The position numbers were made by a program, and so were the translations under genes. Positions 20,159 through 27,337 of a stretch of DNA of 64,000 nucleotides are shown one piece after another. The DNA is from a virus. The DNA lies in IMG/VR virus record IMGVR_UViG_3300032285_001029, positions 64,001 to 128,000 of that record, one strand, 5' to 3'. Numbering within the stretch: position 1 is the first letter of the stretch; each line of letters opens with the position of its first letter. A model generated the notes under the pieces. That model was not told where the DNA came from and searched no databases. It saw only the letters and a list, made by a program, of their open reading frames with translations.

Positions 20159-21890
20159 CAACTGGAGCAGTTGGAGCACCCATTGGCACTGCAGGAGCAG
20201 CACCTGCACCCATTTCTCCGGTATCTACTTGATCTTCCATGCCTTCTGGTGCCGATAGATCTTCTGTATCGGTTATATCGCTTTCAAGACCCGCTGCGCT
20301 AATACCTGCACTTCTAAGTTCTCCACTGGCATCTGTGTGTGTTGGGATACCTTTTCCGGATTCCTCACTCCACATGCGTTCGTTTTCTGCAACTTCCTCG
20401 TCTGTTAGGCCTAAAAAGCGTTTTAATGCAAAACGTTTTGACATATATGGAACTGCTTGAATTGTGTTGAAAGTATTAATTCTTTCTGCATCTAGGCTAG
20501 CTTGACGACTGCTAGCAAAGTTTAATGGAGGATTAAAGCGTAATTCAAATAGACTTGAATCTAAATTAAGTCCTTTACCATAGAGATACATTTTAAATTC
20601 TTGGTCAAATACTTCAGTTAGTAGATTCTGTAACCGTTCGCAGTACTTGTTAAAACGCAGTTCTTGAATATAAGCTGTTCCAACACGACCGTCATTATAT
20701 GATGATTGGCTATCATCTGCACCTGTTGGCAGATAGCTGCTAGGAATACGTAAACCACGGAATAATTTGTTAGTAAAAAACTTTAAATCATCAATTTCGC
20801 CAAGATTAGTACCGCCAGGCAATGTGTCAACTTTACTGCCACGACCTTCTGCTGTAGTAGGGAAAAAGTAATCTTCGTTGATACTTAATGGATTATATGC
20901 ACTGTCAATAACGTTTTGTCCGCCGCCAGTTTGACTAGGAATTCTACGCTGATGTATCTCATTCTTAACACGTTCCACAAAGGCCATGGCCATGTGTGCG
21001 GGCATATTACCTACATCAATATGGAACACTCTACGCTCTGGAGCACGTTGAATACGATAGATAATGATAGCATCTTCAAGCAGTTCTTTCTGCTTGTAAG
21101 TTTTAAAAATATCTTCTAATAAACTGTTGCCAAAAGGATATAAGTTGTCTAAACCTTCGCTTAAACTTAGGTGTATAATATGTTTGGCATCGATTGCATG
21201 TTCTGTTTGGCCCAATGTAAATCGTCCGCTAGATCCAGACTGAGGAAATGCAAAACTGCTTGAACCTGTATTTGTTCCTGAAAATCCAGCACCAGCACCA
21301 CTGCTGCCCATCATCTCTTTTGGCTTTAGATTTGGTGTAATCATCGTAGCAACTAAACTATGAAAGTTTGGTGCTAGATCTTTAATTACATATTGCTCTG
21401 GACGTTTGCCATCACTTTCATTAACAATAACTTTTGTAACTTTGCTAGGATCGACATACATCCATTTTTGAGTTTCAGGATCTCGAATAAAAAATGCATC
21501 TCCATATTTAAAAGCATTTCTGAAGATGCGAAATATGCGTGTATCAAACTTTTGTAGTTTGTTCCACTGTTGTAAGTATTCGCCTAATATACGAATTTCA
21601 CTATTAGTTGCTTTGTGTCTCCAATGGACACTAAAGGCAGTTTTGCCATCTTTATTCTTTTGTGTGCAAAATTCAGCTAAGATGTCTAATGCTGCATTAA
21701 CTTCTGGATCGCTGTCCATTGTTTCATACTGCATGTATCTTTCAATTCGATTAGGAGCACCAGCATATACATCCGGCAGATAACTTGAATAGTTTGACTT
21801 AGCAGGACCTGGCTTGCTAGTATTAGCATAGCCACTAATTGGGCTTACATTGCTAGTTTTTACTGGTGAAAAGTATTTTTTCCAAGACAT
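20154..21890 (-). CDS. gp20: Portal vertex protein (gp20)
   Basis: LLEDAIIIYRIQRAPERRVFHIDVGNMP, EDYFFP..EGRGS.VDTLPGG.NLGEIDD..FF.KL...L.IP motifs. Confidence 0.97.
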   Translation of the reverse strand: MSWKKYFSPVKTSNVSPISGYANTSKPGPAKSNYSSYLPDVYAGAPNRIERYMQYETMDSDPEVNAALDILAEFCTQKNKDGKTAFSVHWRHKATNSEIRILGEYLQQWNKLQKFDTRIFRIFRNAFKYGDAFFIRDPETQKWMYVDPSKVTKVIVNESDGKRPEQYVIKDLAPNFHSLVATMITPNLKPKEMMGSSGAGAGFSGTNTGSSSFAFPQSGSSGRFTLGQTEHAIDAKHIIHLSLSEGLDNLYPFGNSLLEDIFKTYKQKELLEDAIIIYRIQRAPERRVFHIDVGNMPAHMAMAFVERVKNEIHQRRIPSQTGGGQNVIDSAYNPLSINEDYFFPTTAEGRGSKVDTLPGGTNLGEIDDLKFFTNKLFRGLRIPSSYLPTGADDSQSSYNDGRVGTAYIQELRFNKYCERLQNLLTEVFDQEFKMYLYGKGLNLDSSLFELRFNPPLNFASSRQASLDAERINTFNTIQAVPYMSKRFALKRFLGLTDEEVAENERMWSEESGKGIPTHTDASGELRSAGISAAGLESDITDTEDLSAPEGMEDQVDTGEMGAGAAPAVPMGAPTAPVV

Positions 21891-21904
21891 TGATTAAATT
21901 ATCC

Positions 21905-23872
21905 TTACATGCCAGTACGACTATTTGAAACTCCAGATGCAACATGTTTTAATTGAGTAACTTGTTTATCTGCAATATTTACTAACTGGCCCATGTATGT
22001 ACTTATCTGCATCATGTGTTGTTTCAAGTCATTAAGGCCGCTATTATTGTCAACTGCGGGCATTTGAATAGTTGGCGCAGGTAACGTAGGCATCGCTGTT
22101 TGAGCTGACGATATTTTGGTAGCAAACGTTTCCATCATAGGCATAAACTGACTCATTGCCGAATTCATTTGTCCTTTAATTTGATTAATATTGATATTCT
22201 TACTTGAATCAAATATTTGAGAAAATTGATCCTTAGTTAGTACAGTTTCGCCTTTATGAACTTTGCCAAAAAAATCATCGGGTTCAAACAGTTGCCCTGT
22301 CATACCTAATGTACCAAGTGCTCTTTCTTGTTTTCCAACATTCCGTGTAACAACTCCTGATCTCTCCTTGGGCGGCACTGCAGCTTTAGGAGCGCCAGGT
22401 GTCTCTCCACTAAGTCCTTTATAAATTTCAGACCAGATGCTTCCTTGCTCTGACATTATGCTCTTGTTAGTATCTAATATTTTTTTCAAATCTGCTTGAT
22501 GATCTCCGGCAAATTTATTAAACTGTTTAAACATAGTGTTAAATTCTACACCTGTATCATAAATTATGTTTTTAGATGCATTAAGTGTACGTTGTAAAGC
22601 AGCATTAGGATCTTCTAATGCTGCTTTTTTCTGCTCAGCAGTTGCTTTTTCTCTCGCTATTCGAGCTTCTTCAGTTGTTTTTATTTCGCCTTGTCTAGCT
22701 GCAGTTATTTGATCATTTAATGCTAAGTTCTTAGTCATACTTTCATTGTACATTTTAAGAATAGCATTACGTTGCTCCTGAGGCATACCTGCATCACCTC
22801 TTGATGCTTGCTGAACTAGTCTTAAAAATTCAGGATTAGTTATTTGTTTATTGTATTCTTCGGTAAACTTAGCTTTGGCTTCTTCGACCCCTACTCCTGA
22901 TTTAACTGCGGCACTGTATTCTTGCAATGCAATCCCAGCAGGACCTAACGCTGTAACTAACTGTGCATCCATTTGATTTGTAATAGCACCGCCAGTTTCT
23001 TGTAAATGCAAACCAAGATCTGTTATAGATTCTCCAAACTGACTCATGTTTGCCATGCTTTGTATTGCTCGCTGTTGTTGATCTTTATCTAATCCTGCTA
23101 AGTAGGCACTTACGTCGGCTTTTGCCAGCTCCTTCTTCAATCCTTCTTCAACTTGTTTCCTACTCATACCTGTTGCTCGGGACAGGTCGTCGATTTGTGT
23201 AGTAAGCATACCAGCCGATTCTATAAGAGCATTTTGTCCTACTGTTGTTCTAGCATCGGCTGCTCGCATACCCATTGTTGAAATTAACAGTGCGCTGTTT
23301 AAATCTTCTGCTGATCCGCCAGCAAGTAAAAATTGATTTCCTAAATCTGATGTTTGAACATTACGAGATAATTCTAAAAATCGTTTTGAACTATCGGATG
23401 CAGTTAGTCCTAGCCCTTGAAGTTGTATAGAATTTTCTTTATTAAATCTAACATAATCGTCCATGGTCATACGAGCACCACTGACAGAAGTTGCAAAGTC
23501 TCCTAAATTGCCACCAAAGTATGCTCCTTGATCTGCAGCTTTACTCAACGAATCATTATAGAGATTAATTACTCCGCCACCTTTTTCCAACGCATTGGCA
23601 AAAACTCCGCCTACTACTGGGATTGCACGTAACGGTTCTGCGACTAGAGAAACAGCATCATTCAGATTGAACGTGCCAATTGTTAATTTTTGAAAAGCAC
23701 CTGTTAAAGCATTAGCTGTACTTGTTACGGGTTTAAATAAATCGTCAATAAATCCAGTAACGCCACCGCCGGAACTTCTACCGCCGCCGGAGCTGCTGCC
23801 ACCGGACGAACCGGATCGCGATTGATCTCTCAAAACTTGTGTTAGTTCTCGTACTTCATCTTCAAGTGCCAT
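21905..23872 (-). CDS. Tape-measure-like protein (655 aa, gp29-like)
   Basis: Long Ala/Gln/Leu helical protein; C-terminal GT.G.TG..VHKGETVLT motif seen in tape measures; divergent from the gp26-like gene. Confidence 0.6.
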   Translation of the reverse strand: MALEDEVRELTQVLRDQSRSGSSGGSSSGGGRSSGGGVTGFIDDLFKPVTSTANALTGAFQKLTIGTFNLNDAVSLVAEPLRAIPVVGGVFANALEKGGGVINLYNDSLSKAADQGAYFGGNLGDFATSVSGARMTMDDYVRFNKENSIQLQGLGLTASDSSKRFLELSRNVQTSDLGNQFLLAGGSAEDLNSALLISTMGMRAADARTTVGQNALIESAGMLTTQIDDLSRATGMSRKQVEEGLKKELAKADVSAYLAGLDKDQQQRAIQSMANMSQFGESITDLGLHLQETGGAITNQMDAQLVTALGPAGIALQEYSAAVKSGVGVEEAKAKFTEEYNKQITNPEFLRLVQQASRGDAGMPQEQRNAILKMYNESMTKNLALNDQITAARQGEIKTTEEARIAREKATAEQKKAALEDPNAALQRTLNASKNIIYDTGVEFNTMFKQFNKFAGDHQADLKKILDTNKSIMSEQGSIWSEIYKGLSGETPGAPKAAVPPKERSGVVTRNVGKQERALGTLGMTGQLFEPDDFFGKVHKGETVLTKDQFSQIFDSSKNININQIKGQMNSAMSQFMPMMETFATKISSAQTAMPTLPAPTIQMPAVDNNSGLNDLKQHMMQISTYMGQLVNIADKQVTQLKHVASGVSNSRTGM

Positions 23873-23896
23873 ATTTTTTAACCTGTAAAAGTAGCA

Positions 23897-23922
23897 TATA
23901 AATAGATACCTATATATTTATC
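23897..23922. promoter_or_regulatory. Divergent pair of late promoters
   Basis: TATAAATA (+) at 23897-23904 and GATAAATA (-) at 23922-23915 in the 60-nt gap between divergent genes. Confidence 0.75.
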
Positions 23923-23932
23923 CGGAGATAAA

Positions 23933-24754
23933 ATGGCTATAAATCCCTTACAAAAGTACTTTCGTCAACCAAAAGTCTATATCAGTTTACCTAGTAAAGG
24001 TGTGTATTACTCTGCAGGAAATTTACAAGGTAACATTGAACAGATACCAGTATACGGTATGACAGGCATGGACGAAATTATGGCTAGAACTCCGGATGCA
24101 TTATTATCAGGAGAAAGTACAATTAAGATTGTAGAGAGCTGTTGCCCTACTATTAAAAATGCTTGGGAAATTGTAACTATTGACTTAGAAACTATACTAA
24201 CTGCTATTAGAATTGCAACGTATGGTAACTTGTATGGAGTAGAAACAAAATGTCTACAGTGCGGTGAAGAACACGCTTACGACATCGACTTAAATCAATT
24301 TATAGATCATTATAAGAATTGTACTTACGAAAATAAAGTAGTGCTAAAAGACTACACTATCAACTTACGCCCTATTACGTATAAAGAAACGTCGGAGTTT
24401 TCAATAAAAAACTTTGAGATACAACAAAAGTTTAAGCAAGTTAATCAGATGCCCGAAGGCGATGAGAAAAAACTTATAAGTGATCAGCTGTTTAAAGATA
24501 TTGTACAACTACAAAAAGAAATCTTCAGCGCAGGAATTGAATCAGTTGAAGCAGGTTCCCAGACAGTTAATGAACGTTCTTATATTAACGAATGGTTAGA
24601 CAACTGTGAAAAATCTGTATTCGATCATATCAAACGGCAATTGAATACAATTAATAAAGAATGGACACCGCCTGCTACAAAAGTAAAATGCACAGCATGT
24701 GGGCATGAACAAGAAGTGTCTGTTACATTGGATCAGTCTGATTTTTTCGTCTAA
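23933..24754 (+). CDS. gp26: Baseplate hub assembly protein (T4 gp26-like)
   Basis: NPL..YFRQP..Y..LPS.G, MT..DE, D...IL.AIRIATYG, two CxxC pairs, C-terminal DFF; GGAG SD. Confidence 0.8.
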   Translation: MAINPLQKYFRQPKVYISLPSKGVYYSAGNLQGNIEQIPVYGMTGMDEIMARTPDALLSGESTIKIVESCCPTIKNAWEIVTIDLETILTAIRIATYGNLYGVETKCLQCGEEHAYDIDLNQFIDHYKNCTYENKVVLKDYTINLRPITYKETSEFSIKNFEIQQKFKQVNQMPEGDEKKLISDQLFKDIVQLQKEIFSAGIESVEAGSQTVNERSYINEWLDNCEKSVFDHIKRQLNTINKEWTPPATKVKCTACGHEQEVSVTLDQSDFFV

Positions 24755-24804
24755 GCCTAATTAAATTAAACAACGAAGAAATTAGCGAGTATTTAATTAG
24801 GCTT
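24742..24804 (+). promoter_or_regulatory. Programmed -1 ribosomal frameshift signal (slippery T TTT TTC plus 14-bp stem-loop)
   Basis: X XXY YYZ heptamer at 24742-24748; AAGCCTAATTAAAT (24753-24766) pairs perfectly with ATTTAATTAGGCTT (24791-24804). Confidence 0.75.
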
Positions 24805-24981
24805 GAACAGTTTATATCTAGATTCAAAGAAGAACTACTTAGAGTAAGCTGGTATATGAGGGGTTCAGTTACTTACGATCAAATGCTATATCAGTACAGT
24901 TATGATGATCGTGCAGCAATGTATGAAGTAATCAAAGAAAATATTGAAGCTACTAAAAACTCTGGAATGCCGTTAATTTAA
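24742..24981 (+). CDS. Start-less gp51-like frame, probably expressed as a -1 frameshift fusion to the gp26-like protein (349 aa total)
   Basis: Open -1 frame of 79 codons FFRLSLIKL...ELLRVSWYMRGSVTYDQM..YSYDDR..IKENIE...MPLI*, bounded 5' by TGA at 24739; first ATG only at 24856. Confidence 0.7.
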   Translation, partial: FFRLSLIKLNNEEISEYLIRLEQFISRFKEELLRVSWYMRGSVTYDQMLYQYSYDDRAAMYEVIKENIEATKNSGMPLI

Positions 24982-26142
24982 TTATTTCTGAACTAGTTGT
25001 CCAGTTTGCGGATCACGAGTATAGCCTGCAGGAGCTGGTTGTGATTTTCTATAAGCAGTCAATGCATTTTGATCAATTGGCTCATACCACTTTGTCGGCG
25101 TTGGAGCAGCTTTATCATATTGTTTCATAGCAGCAGGTGTACCACCATCAGGTCCTGTAGTACTAGTTGCTGCAATATCCTGTTGTGCTGTTGGGCTAGG
25201 TTTTGCAGATTGTTGTGTACCATTAGCTGTGCCAGTAGTTGCTGCAGTTGTACTAGTTGTATCAGGAGTTTGATTTGATTGTCCAATTATTGAATCAATT
25301 ATTCCGCCAGCAGCACGGATTGCTGCTGCTTCGATAGTCTGTACATAATCTGTTACATTAGGAAAATACTGTTGTAGCCAAGTAAACAGCATAAATCTTG
25401 CGATTGTTTCAGATCCCTTGTCAGTTGCTGCCCATGCCATAAATGTAGCTTGTCCTACAGTAGCAACTTTTTGTAGAAATGCATCTAACCCAGGAAAATT
25501 TTTAGATATAATTTTCCAGCTGGCAAATGATCTTATTAGTTTATTACCTATTAACACACCTGCTATTCTGCTTACGCACCAAGAAGTTTCTTGTTTATAC
25601 AGTGCATTATATTCATCTTGTGTGATTGTTCCGCTTTTTAGTGCTGCTTCGCCTTTGCGCAAATTAACCACACACTCGTATACCGGTTGTCCAACATCCC
25701 ATAGACCCAATGCACCCCACACAACTGATCCTGCTTTGTTCATGACGTTCCATGCTGTTCCAACTGGAGCAACAATACGAGCAATCTTATCTTTAATTGC
25801 TTGTACGCCACCTTTAATTGCAGATATTTGATCCTGTCGTATTAATTTTTCTGCTTCTTTTCTAGCACTTTTAATAATATCTTTCCATTCGGGATTATTA
25901 ACAGTGAAATGTCTACGAGCTTCGACTTTACCAACGGCAGCTTCTAGTTGTGCTAGTACTGCTTTACGATTTATCGAAGTACCTGCCTTACTTGCACGAA
26001 CCATTTCTTGTGCAAAAAGATCTATAAGTTTTTGCTTAGTCGCAATTCCTCCTATAGATTTAGCACCATATGCTAAAGCTTTACCAATTAGTCCTTCTTC
26101 ATGAAGATGTTGGTTAGGTGTAATTATGTCAAGTATTCGCAT
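24982..26142 (-). CDS. Hypothetical late protein (386 aa), possibly internal/ejected virion protein
   Basis: AATAAATA at 26172-26165 upstream; helical body with hydrophobic segments and a Thr/Pro/Gln-rich tail. Confidence 0.7.
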   Translation of the reverse strand: MRILDIITPNQHLHEEGLIGKALAYGAKSIGGIATKQKLIDLFAQEMVRASKAGTSINRKAVLAQLEAAVGKVEARRHFTVNNPEWKDIIKSARKEAEKLIRQDQISAIKGGVQAIKDKIARIVAPVGTAWNVMNKAGSVVWGALGLWDVGQPVYECVVNLRKGEAALKSGTITQDEYNALYKQETSWCVSRIAGVLIGNKLIRSFASWKIISKNFPGLDAFLQKVATVGQATFMAWAATDKGSETIARFMLFTWLQQYFPNVTDYVQTIEAAAIRAAGGIIDSIIGQSNQTPDTTSTTAATTGTANGTQQSAKPSPTAQQDIAATSTTGPDGGTPAAMKQYDKAAPTPTKWYEPIDQNALTAYRKSQPAPAGYTRDPQTGQLVQK

Positions 26143-26179
26143 GATGCTTTCTAGGTTAGTATGATATTTATTATTCTTT

Positions 26180-26626
26180 TAAGATGAACTACGTTCATCT
26201 GCTCTTCGCTCACGCTCGAGCATTTCTTCTTTTTAATATTATTGAACTATTATAATGCGAAGCATTTTAAATATTATCCAGATTGTTCAGTCACACTTAG
26301 CCCAGGGCGGGCTAAGAACATTATCCGAGTTGCACAATGTCACACAGCGTTATGGCATTACAGAGGCGGTCAGCCTGTACCTCGAGCCACGTCTTTCCTG
26401 ACGGCGGTTTACAAACATACGCTATCATGCTTGTAAACGTAGGGTTTTCTCCCTTCATTTTGCCTTTAAATCCGTTTCAAATAACCAAACAGCAGGGCTT
26501 ACAAAGCTGTCATCATCCATTTTGGGTAGTGGTTAAGCACTCTTGCGGCAGAGATTTATGTCCGAGTGACTCGTGGTCCTCTTGTCATATGCGCACGAAA
26601 TAAGCCTGCGCTAGCCAAAAACCGCT
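26180..26626 (-). ncRNA. Putative large structured non-coding RNA / cis element downstream of the GIY-YIG gene
   Basis: About 47% GC over 26281-26580 (hand count) in an AT-rich genome; about 10 stems, several needing G-U pairs only on the minus strand; pseudoknot complementarity; no credible ORF. Confidence 0.65.
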
Positions 26627-27070
26627 TTATTTTGCCTGTTTATCTTGAGATTTGCGTATATGTGAACCATGCACACGCACTTGAATATGCCCGTTATAAT
26701 AGTCATTTGACTCTAGAACACGGCGAGAAAACTGCTCTCGTGCTTCGATATAGCTAGCTTCTGGCTTACTGGAACAGTAAAAAAGTATCTCTCTTTTAAA
26801 GTTTTCTGGTCCTAATTCTACGACATCTTTGTTTAATTCTATATTAGAACCGTAGTATTCGCGCCAATCGCTGTCTATTTTTGACTTTATCTTTTGCCTT
26901 TTTTTGTTGCCATTCTTGAATTTAACTACTTTGTAAGTAGTTTTGCTGAATTTTGCCAGCTTTTTGCCTATATACATGCGTCCTGTAGTAAGATTAGTAA
27001 TAAGATATACAAATCCTACGCAATCTTCAGGTAGATTTTCTATTATTTCGTTTTGATAATACCAGGACAT
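26627..27070 (-). CDS. Stand-alone GIY-YIG endonuclease (T4 endonuclease II/Seg-like catalytic domain)
   Basis: GFVYLITN-x5-MYIGKK, W.EYYGS, F.REIL, E.REQF..VL..YYN motifs; no NUMOD or HTH tail. Confidence 0.85.
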   Translation of the reverse strand: MSWYYQNEIIENLPEDCVGFVYLITNLTTGRMYIGKKLAKFSKTTYKVVKFKNGNKKRQKIKSKIDSDWREYYGSNIELNKDVVELGPENFKREILFYCSSKPEASYIEAREQFSRRVLESNDYYNGHIQVRVHGSHIRKSQDKQAK

Positions 27071-27337
27071 CTACTGTTTATCATTGGATGTCCTTGCCTT
27101 TGCTTCCTTCTGAGCCTTTCGTTCTGCCTTTTGATCTTCCCAAACTTCGTCTTTCCAATTACGCCATTCTTGTAGTGCAGCCCTGCGCTGTCTTGCAACG
27201 ATACGTATGTCCGCTAACAGATTGCGTGTGTTGATACATGCCCTTTTAGTGCCGGTATTTACTAGGCGCTGATTCTCTTCAAAATATTTTCTGAAGAGGC
27301 GCATTAGTTCAGCATGTAGTTCTTCGTCCGGCTGCAT
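27071..27337 (-). CDS. Small basic helical protein (88 aa), possible DNA-binding
   Basis: Arg/Lys-rich helix GTKRACINTRNLLADIRIVARQRR; start overlaps the gp46 stop. Confidence 0.65.
   Translation of the reverse strand: MQPDEELHAELMRLFRKYFEENQRLVNTGTKRACINTRNLLADIRIVARQRRAALQEWRNWKDEVWEDQKAERKAQKEAKARTSNDKQ

Noticed and set aside
24856-24981. Independent 41-aa gene starting at ATG 24856
   Set aside because: No convincing SD, and it leaves 36 sense codons of open frame plus the slip site and stem unexplained; not fully excluded
26385-26402. CAGGAAAGAC resembling the RNase P GAGGAAAGUC motif
   Set aside because: Imperfect match, sits in a local CGUC/GACG hairpin, and I found no complementary 3' P4 strand
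26510-26518. Box C-like AUGAUGA with downstream CUGA
   Set aside because: Single short match expected by chance; no kink-turn geometry and no Nop5-like gene seen
26180-26626. Group I/II intron, tmRNA, tRNA or retron identity for the structured element
   Set aside because: It does not interrupt a gene; I could not find group I P7, group II domain V, a tRNA-like acceptor/T arm, or any reverse transcriptase in the window. A covariance-model search is still needed
26242-26757. Three short plus-strand ORFs (64, 88 and 63 aa) over the structured region
   Set aside because: No SD, atypical Cys/His-rich composition, mutually overlapping; better explained as by-products of a GC-richer non-coding element
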